Positions 50,810 to 60,037 of a stretch of 64,000 bases of DNA are shown here, piece by piece; position 1 is the stretch's first letter, and each line of letters opens with the position of its first letter. The stretch is taken from positions 6,990-70,989 of the forward strand of contig CAMDKL010000006.1 in the NCBI GenBank assembly GCA_945900945.1, given 5' to 3'. The stretch is from Pirellula staleyi DSM 6068 (GTDB lineage Bacteria > Planctomycetota > Planctomycetia > Pirellulales > Pirellulaceae). The notes beneath the pieces were generated by a model. It was not told the DNA's origin and searched no databases. It worked only from the letters and a program-made list of their open reading frames with translations. A program made the translations under genes and the position numbers.

Positions 50810-52270
50810 CTATCGTTGTCTAAGCAATACCTCCATCGGGCTCTCCGATGGTAGAACCACTCCTTTCGCAGAATACGTCGGTAATCCATCTGGCCATCGG
50901 TCGCGAGAGTCGCTCGACGCAGAAACATTGTCTCCGAGTACAACTAACTGGTCACCAGGAGCCCAGGATTGTGCGGTCGAATCGCCGTTTCCTCGATAGA
51001 AAATGTCACGAAAGACGATAAGTTGATCGATTGCAAGACGGCCTGAAATTGCGGTAACCTCGATGGGTGCTTTCGCTCCAATCTCGCTAATAGTTGCATT
51101 CGTATCGAGCATAGGTAGCTTTGTTCTTAGCCATTCTTCGTCCTGGCTGCCAGCTATTAAATGGCCATCGATCATGGCCATTACAATCCAAACCGATTTA
51201 CCTTGCCTTGCAAACAATTCCGCGTTAGCAACTTGGCCACTGGCTTTGATGGTTAGGAATCTGCCATCCAATTCCATGGATAGGTTTGGCCTACTCAATG
51301 GAGAGTGGAATGAGCATTCGATTCCCCACGCGTTCTCTGTTCGCGACAACTGAAAAGCAAAACCAAAGTCGTGAACTGGAACGAGGGCGTGTGAATCGTG
51401 AGCGTTCATCGCAAGTTGATTGTTAATTCCTCCTTGCAAATCAAAAGCGAACGTTATCTTTCGCGACGTAGACTCTTTACCCGCATTGGAACTTAGTACG
51501 CCTTGAAATTCTTCGCCATCGGCATTCCACTGACCATTCGCTCGGGCATAGCGTTTATTCTGCCTTAAATGGCTAGCTCCATCCCATACGTTCAATAAAA
51601 TCGACTGCCGCAACGATTGTTCAAGGGTCTTGCACCACCGATCCTGATTTACAAACAAATCGCCTTCGTCGATGGCAATGTGCTCGAAAGCAAATCCGAT
51701 GAGCCGCTTGATCTCCCTCGGTGCATCGCGGGTTTCTTGAAACACCACAACATCTCCGCGTTTAAGCCCAGACGGATGTACTAATCCATTCTCGATTTCC
51801 TGAGCTCGATTAGATCGCATCGTGCGAAGTGTGGCGAATCGAACTAGATCTCCCCGTCGCGTCCTTTCAAGAATACGTTCGTTGTCATCGAGGTCTACCG
51901 CCGACTCGAAGTCAATTTTGTTGCAAAACTGGCACCGAAACGGCTGGTTACTTCTGCATGTGTCGAAAGCAAACTCTTGAGTTTCAGAACAATGCGAGCA
52001 AGTCCAAACCAGTCGGGGCCCTCGAAAAACAGGTTCCATCGAACTACCCGTTATCATGCCGGTCCTCGGAAGCCTGCCACGACGAAGCAACACAATAGCC
52101 GCGAAAACAATTGCCAAACCGAGAAAAATCAATAGGCCACTCGAGCTATAGATAAACCATCGTCGCGGTTGGCTAGACTTCCGCGTTTCGGTTTGATTGG
52201 CAGGAATGGATTCACGGCTTACCAATTCTGTAAATTCCTTCCTCAGAGCGAACCAGCAAATCTTGATCAA
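50810..52270 (-). CDS. Signal peptidase I (S26) paralog with zinc-ribbon insert
   Basis: TM anchor, TGSSMEP (Ser), EIKRLIG (Lys), LGDNVSASSDSR; CSHC...CQFC insert; start may be TTG 52225. Confidence 0.8.
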   Translation of the reverse strand: MIKICWFALRKEFTELVSRESIPANQTETRKSSQPRRWFIYSSSGLLIFLGLAIVFAAIVLLRRGRLPRTGMITGSSMEPVFRGPRLVWTCSHCSETQEFAFDTCRSNQPFRCQFCNKIDFESAVDLDDNERILERTRRGDLVRFATLRTMRSNRAQEIENGLVHPSGLKRGDVVVFQETRDAPREIKRLIGFAFEHIAIDEGDLFVNQDRWCKTLEQSLRQSILLNVWDGASHLRQNKRYARANGQWNADGEEFQGVLSSNAGKESTSRKITFAFDLQGGINNQLAMNAHDSHALVPVHDFGFAFQLSRTENAWGIECSFHSPLSRPNLSMELDGRFLTIKASGQVANAELFARQGKSVWIVMAMIDGHLIAGSQDEEWLRTKLPMLDTNATISEIGAKAPIEVTAISGRLAIDQLIVFRDIFYRGNGDSTAQSWAPGDQLVVLGDNVSASSDSRDRWPDGLPTYSAKGVVLPSESPMEVLLRQR

Positions 52271-53546
52271 TCACTGAATATGACGCAAAAATACGACCCG
52301 GTAACTTATTGCGGGACAACTCCTCTGGCGATTCCTTGATCCTCATCACCAATGCTTCACCGGATTCGCTTTGGAAATAGACGGTATCACCCGATGCCAT
52401 CGGCGAAGAAGAATAGTTGCCACCCAGACGCTTACGCCAAATTTCCTTACCGGTCTGCATGTCGACGCCAGATGCGATGCCATCGTCGCTCGCCAAAACA
52501 ATTTGATTGTTTAAGCACAAGATGGATGGAGTTTTTGGTACGCTAGTGCCATACGTCCACTTGATGTGTGTATCGGTCACGTCACCCTTGCCGCTGGGAT
52601 CTATAGCCAAGAGTTTCGCGGTGTTGAACCCAGTACAAATAAAGAGTGTACCCTGACTAAAGACAGGACGTGGAACCACCGAATATCCGTCGTATCGGAC
52701 CAACCATAGAACTTCGCCGGTTGAGGGCGCCAATGCCTGCACCACATTCGAACCCTGCGAAATGATCTGCGAAATGCCATTGCAATGGATCAGCTGCGGA
52801 GTGCAAAATGAAAATGACTTATCCGCTTTGACATCCCGATTTGTCTTCCAAATCTCTGCGCCCGTTGCAAGATCCAAGGCGATGGTGCATGGCGTATCGC
52901 CACCGTCGCAAGTCAAGACCAATCGCCCCTCGGCGATGATTGGTGAACCGCCATTGCCGTGTGTTGGCGGGTAAGCATTCTTTCGATTCTCCCAGATCTT
53001 GTTCCCATCAAGATCCATGCAAGCAGTCCCTTGATGGCCAAAGTGGACGAAAACTCGGCCGCCATGGATTACCGCTGTAGGGCTAGCGTGCGAGTTCTTG
53101 TTATGGATTTTCGGTGCATCCGTCGACTGTTCAAAGATCGACTTTGAGAAAATCTCTTTGCCATCCTTTGCGTTGAGACAAACCAAGTGCAGATCTTGCC
53201 GCCCTCGCAACTCACCGTCTGCCGATGCGTTTTCCCCAATGTTGATCGAGGAAGTAAAGTAAATTCGCTCTCCTAGAGTAACGGGTGACGACCAGCCAAG
53301 CCCTTTGGTCTTAGCGAACCATCGTACGTTCTCGGTCTCGCTCCAGATAACTGGCAATTCCGCCTTCTCGCAAATTCCGTTTTGCAAAGGACCACGGAAC
53401 TCGGGCCAGTCTCCGGCATTGACAAAACTCGAACCAAGAAACATTCCAACCATTCGCAGTATGGCAGGTGCGAGCAGCAGTGCTTCGACGAATAGCGTTC
53501 GAAAACGGGAGCGTGAGAACGCGGAAAAGCCAATCCAACATCGCAT
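52212..53546 (-). CDS. PQQ-like beta-propeller repeat protein
   Basis: DWPEFRGP, GWSSP, NSHASPT, GNGGSP, SFCTPQ, YSSSP. Confidence 0.93.
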   Translation of the reverse strand: MRCWIGFSAFSRSRFRTLFVEALLLAPAILRMVGMFLGSSFVNAGDWPEFRGPLQNGICEKAELPVIWSETENVRWFAKTKGLGWSSPVTLGERIYFTSSINIGENASADGELRGRQDLHLVCLNAKDGKEIFSKSIFEQSTDAPKIHNKNSHASPTAVIHGGRVFVHFGHQGTACMDLDGNKIWENRKNAYPPTHGNGGSPIIAEGRLVLTCDGGDTPCTIALDLATGAEIWKTNRDVKADKSFSFCTPQLIHCNGISQIISQGSNVVQALAPSTGEVLWLVRYDGYSVVPRPVFSQGTLFICTGFNTAKLLAIDPSGKGDVTDTHIKWTYGTSVPKTPSILCLNNQIVLASDDGIASGVDMQTGKEIWRKRLGGNYSSSPMASGDTVYFQSESGEALVMRIKESPEELSRNKLPGRIFASYSVIDQDLLVRSEEGIYRIGKP

Positions 53547-53569
53547 AATAATTCTTCTTCTAAAAATGA

Positions 53570-53636
53570 GTCGCAGGCGCTAACTGCGGACCCAACCCGA
53601 TAAATGACTAACGCGGCTAGCGCACACGGTTCACGA
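53570..53636. repeat. Inverted REP-like doublet
   Basis: gagtcgcaggcgctaactgcg ... cgcggctagcgcacacggttcacg. Confidence 0.7.
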
Positions 53637-53648
53637 AATGGAGACTTC

Positions 53649-54665
53649 TCACGCCGCTGCTAAATCGTCGGCCCGTTCCGTTACCTTTTCAAGGATGTCC
53701 AGCAGGACGCGATCGCATTCAATGCCTTCTGCTTGCGCCTCGAAATTGAGTAAGACACGGTGACGCATCGCTGGCAAAAACACTCGGCGAATATCTTCAA
53801 AACTGACGTTATACCGACCATCAAGCAATGCACGCACCTTCGAAGCCAATGCAATGGTCTGCGCGCCACGAGGGCTGGCACCCCATCGGATGTATTGGTT
53901 TGTTACGTCGGGTGCTAAGCTTCCGCCTGGGTGAGTTGCGAGCACAAGCCGAGCAATATAATCCTGAACATGCTTGGCCAAAACAACCTGTCGGACCAAT
54001 TGTTGCCAATGCTTGATCTCCTCGCCGTCCATCACTTTTTCCGGCGTAATAATGGTTCCTCGCGTGGTCCGCTCGATAATCGTGTTTAGCTCTTCTCGCG
54101 TGGAATAGCCAACCACCAGCTTGAACATGAAACGGTCCAATTGGGCTTCTGGAAGCGGATACGTTCCCTCTTGTTCAATTGGGTTTTGTGTAGCAAGAAC
54201 GAAGAAAGGCTTTTTCAATTCGTAGCGATTGCCAGAAACCGTGACCGTGCCCTCCTGCATCGTTTCCAAAAGAGCGGATTGGGTCTTGGGTGTCGCGCGG
54301 TTGATTTCGTCCGCTAGGCAGATTTGGGTAAAGATCGGTCCCTTCTGAAATTGAAACTCTCGGCGCCCTTGGTTCTCGACAATCATGTTGGTCCCGAGAA
54401 TATCCGATGGCATCAAGTCAGGTGTAAACTGCACGCGATTAAAATCGAGCGAAAGGGTCTCCGAAAGCGTTTTGATCAGCATCGTTTTGCCGAGTCCAGG
54501 TACTCCCTCGAGCAAGCAGTGGCCGCCTACAAAAACTGCAGTGAGTACACCGTTCACTATTTCATCATGGCCGACGATCACTCGACCGATCTGCTCGCGA
54601 ACTGCGGCGTATCGATTTCGGAACGTTTCCGCTTGGTGTTGCATCGATTCTGCGACGTTACTCAT
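53649..54665 (-). CDS. MoxR family AAA+ ATPase
   Basis: HCLLEGVPGLGKT, RVQFTPDLMPSD, DEINRATPKTQSALLE, NPIEQEGTYPLPEAQLDRF; start ATG 54665. Confidence 0.96.
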   Translation of the reverse strand: MSNVAESMQHQAETFRNRYAAVREQIGRVIVGHDEIVNGVLTAVFVGGHCLLEGVPGLGKTMLIKTLSETLSLDFNRVQFTPDLMPSDILGTNMIVENQGRREFQFQKGPIFTQICLADEINRATPKTQSALLETMQEGTVTVSGNRYELKKPFFVLATQNPIEQEGTYPLPEAQLDRFMFKLVVGYSTREELNTIIERTTRGTIITPEKVMDGEEIKHWQQLVRQVVLAKHVQDYIARLVLATHPGGSLAPDVTNQYIRWGASPRGAQTIALASKVRALLDGRYNVSFEDIRRVFLPAMRHRVLLNFEAQAEGIECDRVLLDILEKVTERADDLAAA

Positions 54666-54693
54666 GTAGCTTCCGTACGTAAAGTTCCAGGTT

Positions 54694-57600
54694 CTAAGTG
54701 TTCTTTTTGGCTTTGCGTTTTGCTTCAAGCAGCCTCGAGGTGTAGCTCTGCTCTACGTCCACGCCCAGACTCGGCTTTTTCGAGATCGCATCGGAACGAT
54801 TTGACTTCGGATCTTCCTTTCGAAATGCATCTTCCGCAGTGGTCGCGGAGGCTGCTATGTCCTGCTCCCGTTCGAACTGAGTGCTCGCTCGTTGTTTCTG
54901 TAGGTCGTCACCCACAATACTCTTGCTGCTGCGCAGACGCTCGAGACGTTTCTTTTGTTCCGCGTCCCCTGCATTGGAACTGTCATGACGTCGGCGAAGG
55001 GTTGCCGAGAGCATTCTAAGGGGAAAACCGAGATCCAAGGCAACTCGACGAACAAAAACATCACAGAAAAACAACGTGGCACCCACGAGAACAGCCAAAG
55101 GCCAAATATCCTTGAGGCTTTTGGCTGGAGGAAGTCCTTTTCGATAGGTGTCAACACCGAGCACTTCTTTCATAGAGTCCTTTTCAAGTGACGTCGACAA
55201 GATTCCAGGTGCGCCACCTGCAGGTCTGCGAGCTGCTAGAGTCTCCAGCAGTTGCATATTCGCCTGCCGAACTCGATATTCGTCCGAAAAGGGCATGGTT
55301 ACGCCAGTTGTGATCGGCGGCTTGCCAGCACCCGGCACGATGCTGAGCATGTAGCTGCCTGCTTGGTCAGGGGCCAGTTCGCCTACGTATCGCCCTGAGG
55401 CCTGCTGCCTCATCGAAACGCTGATCGGTTTCAAGTCAGGGCCGACGGCGATGGCGTTCATGTCTAAAAAATTTACGAATTTATCGTCCGCGTTCAAAGC
55501 AGTTACGACAATCTGGACTCGGCCGTCTTTGATATTGGTGGCAATATTGTATTTGGAGTCGTCATTGGATGGACGCATCGTCCAGCGTACCATTTGCGAG
55601 AAAAACTGGTCATAGTAGGGCGAATTCACCCAGCCGTCCGCCCAACGATTGCCGGCGTCTGTTGTAAAGACAGCTGTACGCCCGAGCCCGTAAGTCCATG
55701 TCGCCAATAGCGATGCGGTATCCGGCTCAGCGGGTTTGGTGGCACGTAATGGCACTTCCACCAATGGACTATCCTTGCGTTCGGTCAGAACGAAGCCTCG
55801 GATTGTTGGAAGCTCACCGGTGATACCCGAAAGAATCTCGTGGGGCTGAGTGATGACCGATTGAACACCATCCTCAGGTTCGAAGACCAGTGGTCTCGCA
55901 ACGCGTCGAGCCTCACGCATGAAAATCTTGGGAAGCGCGGATGCATTTTGCACTACGTAGTAATTCCCGCCAGTGATGTTAGCGATTCTCTTCAGTTCGT
56001 TGCTGCCCGCCGGCCCGTGTGAACCTACCGCAACCGTGGAGATTTTAATCTTTGCACTCGTGTATTGTGCAAGGATTCCGGAAGATGCGGGAACCGGGTC
56101 CCCGTCGCTGATCACGATCATGTGCTTGAGGGACGCTGGGACAATTTTCAGTCCCCGCATCGCCATCGACAACGCCGAGTCGAAGTTGGGCATATCACCC
56201 GGTGTCATTGCGTTCATGCGAGATTTCATCATCGATTTGTTCGCGCCAACTGGCAGCAAACCATCGGATCCAACACACCAAAGCCATTTGTCTCCAGTCA
56301 TGTCATATTGAACAACACCGCAATAATCGCTAGGTCCCAATGCTTCCAAAGCAGCTTTGCCAATCATTTTTTGCCAATGGTTTCCTTCTGGGATTTCGCA
56401 AGCGTGCATCACCATGGCCAATGCGCCCACCGCTTCCACTTTGCTGTTCTTGATAGCAAAGTTAACGGGCATGGCCGCTTCCAGTTTCGTGTTCGTCCAA
56501 CCGCCCGCACCAAATGCCTCGGGGCCTCCCAACATTAATATTCCCATCCCAAATTGCTGAGCGCTCTGCACGAGCATATCGATCTGGTCATCCGTAAAGG
56601 AAACGATTTGGGTCGTCTCATCACCGCTCGTTCGAGGTGCCCCGGCTAAAATCACTGTGTCGTACGATTGGAGTTCGACTAAACTTGAAAACAGGTTGCG
56701 AGTATCTCGGACATCGACGTCGATATCGTTACGTCGAAGAGCGTCCACAAAAGCTTGGTAATTGCCCGTATTGGCTCCGTCCTCAATCAACATGACCTTG
56801 CCTTTGCCGCGTGCATATGAAAACGCAGTCGCGCGATTGTTTTGGCTAATCGTGTCGTCGGCTGCGTCGTCGGTTATGAACTCTGCTTCGTAGGTGTAAC
56901 CCGCGGTCTCCTCGACTTTGTGCGGAATGGATACAACGTTGATATCGCGATCGAGCGTATACGGACCGTCAGCCATCACTTCCGATTGGTTGCCGATCCG
57001 ACGAATAACACGAAGCCGTCCGTCAATGTCCTTTGCGTTTCCTGCTTCGCTATAGCGATTGATAACAACGCGAGCCTCGACGGTTTGGCCTTGGCGAACA
57101 AATCCAGGCACGTCAATCTTTTCGACGAGGACTTCGGTTTTGGAGTCCAATCGGACTGGTACGACATCGATTCCGATGCCAGTGTCGCTAAGCCGTTGGG
57201 CAGTGGTTTCCGCAGAGCCAAGCGTTTGGTTGCCATCTGTCAGAATAACAATGCGTTTGGCCGAGTCCTCGAGGAAGCTGGCTTGTGCAAGCTTAAGTGC
57301 ACTTTCTAAATTGGTTGCGTCCGACTTGCCAAAAAACGACTCAGGCCTGTTGATATTGGGAAGGTCTTCGTCAAAAGGTGGGATTTCGATTGCTGCTTCT
57401 CGTCCAAAGACAATCAGCCCCGCCCTGTCTTGACGCTCCGAGTGACGATGTTTTTTGACGCTTTGAATCGCGTACTCGAACATGAGCTGCCGTTTTGCAA
57501 CGGGAATGGAATCGCTTTGGTCCAAAAGATAAATAACGGTCAGCTTTTCGCTGGACCAAATCCATTGAATTCCGGCGATTGCAAAAATAACCAGCAACAT

Positions 57601-57747
57601 CACCGCTGTGCGAAGTGCTATTGCAATCGTTCGCCGCCAAGGACCAAGACCCGCCAAGGATTTTAGTCCGAGCCACCAAACCAGCGGAATTAGCAATAGC
57701 AATAGTAGAAACCATGGGTATTGAAAACCAATTTCAATTCTGCCCAT
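54694..57747 (-). CDS. Membrane-anchored VWA / GATase1-like multidomain protein
   Basis: BatA-like N-terminus (QYPWFLLLLL), LLDQSDS MIDAS, GILMLGGPEAFGAGGW, second VWA (IVISDG), YGLGRTAVFTTD. Confidence 0.9.
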   Translation of the reverse strand: MGRIEIGFQYPWFLLLLLLIPLVWWLGLKSLAGLGPWRRTIAIALRTAVMLLVIFAIAGIQWIWSSEKLTVIYLLDQSDSIPVAKRQLMFEYAIQSVKKHRHSERQDRAGLIVFGREAAIEIPPFDEDLPNINRPESFFGKSDATNLESALKLAQASFLEDSAKRIVILTDGNQTLGSAETTAQRLSDTGIGIDVVPVRLDSKTEVLVEKIDVPGFVRQGQTVEARVVINRYSEAGNAKDIDGRLRVIRRIGNQSEVMADGPYTLDRDINVVSIPHKVEETAGYTYEAEFITDDAADDTISQNNRATAFSYARGKGKVMLIEDGANTGNYQAFVDALRRNDIDVDVRDTRNLFSSLVELQSYDTVILAGAPRTSGDETTQIVSFTDDQIDMLVQSAQQFGMGILMLGGPEAFGAGGWTNTKLEAAMPVNFAIKNSKVEAVGALAMVMHACEIPEGNHWQKMIGKAALEALGPSDYCGVVQYDMTGDKWLWCVGSDGLLPVGANKSMMKSRMNAMTPGDMPNFDSALSMAMRGLKIVPASLKHMIVISDGDPVPASSGILAQYTSAKIKISTVAVGSHGPAGSNELKRIANITGGNYYVVQNASALPKIFMREARRVARPLVFEPEDGVQSVITQPHEILSGITGELPTIRGFVLTERKDSPLVEVPLRATKPAEPDTASLLATWTYGLGRTAVFTTDAGNRWADGWVNSPYYDQFFSQMVRWTMRPSNDDSKYNIATNIKDGRVQIVVTALNADDKFVNFLDMNAIAVGPDLKPISVSMRQQASGRYVGELAPDQAGSYMLSIVPGAGKPPITTGVTMPFSDEYRVRQANMQLLETLAARRPAGGAPGILSTSLEKDSMKEVLGVDTYRKGLPPAKSLKDIWPLAVLVGATLFFCDVFVRRVALDLGFPLRMLSATLRRRHDSSNAGDAEQKKRLERLRSSKSIVGDDLQKQRASTQFEREQDIAASATTAEDAFRKEDPKSNRSDAISKKPSLGVDVEQSYTSRLLEAKRKAKKNT

Positions 57748-57908
57748 GCTTGTCTGCCTAAAAAGAGTTTGTAGTGAGACGTTAGATTCAGAAGCTAACT
57801 AGTGCTAGTGCGCAGGCTAAATCGGATACTATTATGGTCGATTCACAAGCCGATTGGCCAGACGGCATGCTCGGATTTTTGGCGAAACTCAACAAACCGG
57901 AACAGTCG

Positions 57909-58811
57909 ATGCAAATAAATGGTATCGAAGTGGAAGATACTTTCGCAGAAGCCTTTGATATGACGGGCACCCGCATCGTCATAACGGCAGCTGAGCCGTC
58001 ATGGGCACGTCGCGCTGCCGAAGCCATGACAGGCTTTGCTACGAGCGTCATAGGTTGTGGCGTAGAAGCTGGCATTGAACGCATCCTCGAATCGGAGGAG
58101 ACTCCGGACGGTCGTCCTGGGGTCGCAGTCTTGCTCTTTAGCGTTTCTGGCCGTGAACTCGAAAAACAATTGGTCAGGCGCGTAGGCCAATGTGTACTAA
58201 CATGCCCAAGCACGTCCGTATTTGCCGGTCTCTATAGCGAAAAGAGGATCGCCATGGGCTCGCATTTAAGATACTTCGGTGACGGCTTCCAAATCTCGAA
58301 GAAGATTGGAAAGGAACGCTATTGGCGAATACCTGTAATGGATGGCGAGTTTGTATGCCAGGATACAGTTTGTCGCCAAGGGGCCGTCGGCGGTGGAAAC
58401 TTCCTCGTTTTGGCCGATACGATTCATGGAGCGTTGCATGCATGCGAGTATGCGGTAAGTGCAATAAAACGTCTTCGCGATTGCATTACACCCTTCCCAG
58501 GCGGGGTCGCTCGCAGCGGTTCGAAAGTAGGTTCGAAGTACAAAATGCTAAATGCCTCCACCAACGATGCGTTCTGCCCGACCCTACGCGAACAAACCAA
58601 GTCCCAGGTACTCAATCAAACCAGCGCTGCTTTGGAACTCGTAATCGATGGCCTAACTCCCGAAGTTGTTGAGCATGCAATGCGAGTGGGTATTCAAGCG
58701 GCATGCGAGGTCGGCCCGTCCTGCGGGGTACGAAAAATAACCGGTGGGAACTACGGTGGAAAACTAGGAAAGCACCATTACTATCTTCATGAGATAATGT
58801 CGAGTTCGTAG
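57909..58811 (+). CDS. fhcD: Formylmethanofuran--tetrahydromethanopterin N-formyltransferase
   Basis: IEVEDTFAEAF, TSVIGCGVEAG, TPDGRPG, RVGQCVLTCP, VGGGNF, PFPGGVARSGSKVGS, GGNYGGKLG; start ATG 57909. Confidence 0.96.
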   Translation: MQINGIEVEDTFAEAFDMTGTRIVITAAEPSWARRAAEAMTGFATSVIGCGVEAGIERILESEETPDGRPGVAVLLFSVSGRELEKQLVRRVGQCVLTCPSTSVFAGLYSEKRIAMGSHLRYFGDGFQISKKIGKERYWRIPVMDGEFVCQDTVCRQGAVGGGNFLVLADTIHGALHACEYAVSAIKRLRDCITPFPGGVARSGSKVGSKYKMLNASTNDAFCPTLREQTKSQVLNQTSAALELVIDGLTPEVVEHAMRVGIQAACEVGPSCGVRKITGGNYGGKLGKHHYYLHEIMSSS

Positions 58812-58905
58812 TCTTATTTTGGGGTCACGTTGCTATGCTATTTTCCCCTTGATTGCGCTGCGGGCTTGTACCAACTATTCCAATCCAGAATGTGCGCGCT
58901 ATCTC

Positions 58906-59030
58906 GGATTATTCATTAGCCGCAGGGCGTTAGCCAAATGGCACTCCCTTTGCGATTTCGCGAACCGGCGGGCGCTAGCCTGGGGCCTAAATTCGCCTAA
59001 CACGAAGCCCGAGGACAGCGACAATTGTTT
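58906..59030 (-). repeat. Family 1 repeat, best-preserved copy
   Basis: ggattattcattagccgcagggcgttagccaaatggcactccctttgcgatttcgcgaaccggcgggcgctagcctggggcctaaattcgcctaacacgaagcccgaggac is the reverse complement of 23490-23592. Confidence 0.9.
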
Positions 59031-59045
59031 AAAGAGAGTTCCATT

Positions 59046-59077
59046 GGGTGTTAGCCAGGGTGTTAGCCAGGGTGTTA
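59046..59077. repeat. 12-bp tandem repeat (gggtgttagcca) x2.7
   Basis: Direct reading; the unit resembles the GGCTAAC sub-motif of family 1. Confidence 0.85.
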
Positions 59078-59084
59078 AAAAATC

Positions 59085-59230
59085 GGGGTTGAAATGACCT
59101 TCTCTCCTTCAATGAGTCTCACGCTACGAGTAGAGTCGTCGCTTTCTTTGGAAAGGGATATCAGGGGACAAGCCTGGCAGGCATCCGTACCAAAATTGAA
59201 ACGGTAGCATTGGAATCCGTCGCAAGTCGT
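59085..59230 (-). mobile_element. Possible degenerate IS transposase fragment (IS4/IS1182-type Cys-rich region)
   Basis: Stop-free stretch CYRFNFGTDACQACPLISLSKESDDSTRSVRLIEGE, resembling the Y/F-x5-CxxCPL-x3-C...R-x-V motif of DDE_Tnp_1_6; no start codon, no IRs. Confidence 0.4.
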
Positions 59231-59300
59231 TCACTAAATCGCAACTCGCCTGCGATTCAGTTTTCCCCCAATTCTAGGATTGGATTCTGTAGCCAACTTC

Positions 59301-59630
59301 TTACTGAAATGACTTACCGCAACCGCAAGACTTGGTCGCATTAGGATTCTCAAATGTAAATCCTTGGCGTTCCAAGCTTTTATGCCAACCAATCACCGCG
59401 CCATCGAGCAGCAAAGCACTTTTCTTGTCTACAACGACTCGAACGCCATGTTGGTCATATTGGCTGTCTTTTTGCTCGTCGTACTTGTCGTCAAAACTCA
59501 GGGAGTATTCAAAACCGGCGCATCCACCGGCCAAAACACCAACTCGAACAAATGTGTCCTCGGTGAGATTGCTTTCTGTGTGGGCTCGTTTGAGTTCCAA
59601 AGCAGCGTCTTCTGATACATTTACGGCCAT
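59301..59630 (-). CDS. iscA: HesB/IscA/ErpA A-type Fe-S carrier
   Basis: RVGVLAGGCAGFEY, FTFENPNATKSCGCGKSF. Confidence 0.93.
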   Translation of the reverse strand: MAVNVSEDAALELKRAHTESNLTEDTFVRVGVLAGGCAGFEYSLSFDDKYDEQKDSQYDQHGVRVVVDKKSALLLDGAVIGWHKSLERQGFTFENPNATKSCGCGKSFQ

Positions 59631-59767
59631 CGTCTTACCTCAAAACCAAAGTGCGGAAAAACTGAAGTACGAAACCAACTTCAGACGAATAGGCTTCGTA
59701 ACGTAACTTTAAATTTCTACACGTATAGTATGCCTGCTTGTGACATTGCGGCAAGTCAAAATTGCCT

Positions 59768-59795
59768 TTGCACGGCCTAACAATCCTGGTATTCT
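59768..59795 (+). promoter_or_regulatory. Possible sigma70 promoter for the bL37-like gene
   Basis: TTGCAC-16 nt-TATTCT with a TGn extended -10. Confidence 0.35.
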
Positions 59796-59862
59796 ATAAA
59801 GCCCCAATGCAACTCGCGTTTCGGGAAATAGTGCCCTAACCCTTAAAAAATGCTACAGGATC

Positions 59863-59961
59863 ATGACAAAACCGCACCGAAAACTGAAAAAGGCCAACCA
59901 CGGACAACGTGCGGCCAACAGCAAAGCTCGCAAATCCAAGCGACGAAAAGTTCGAACTTAA
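59863..59961 (+). CDS. Small basic protein, ribosomal protein bL37-like (32 aa), not in the ORF track
   Basis: MTKPHRKLKKANHGQRAANSKARKSKRRKVRT; the KANHG motif is shared with actinobacterial bL37; CAGGA RBS just upstream. Confidence 0.75.
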   Translation: MTKPHRKLKKANHGQRAANSKARKSKRRKVRT

Positions 59962-60037
59962 GGGTGGTTTTTTGGCCTAGCGAAATGTTGATAACTCGCT
60001 CGTTGATCTTACGGGCGTCTTAAAACGGAGTTAGTCT

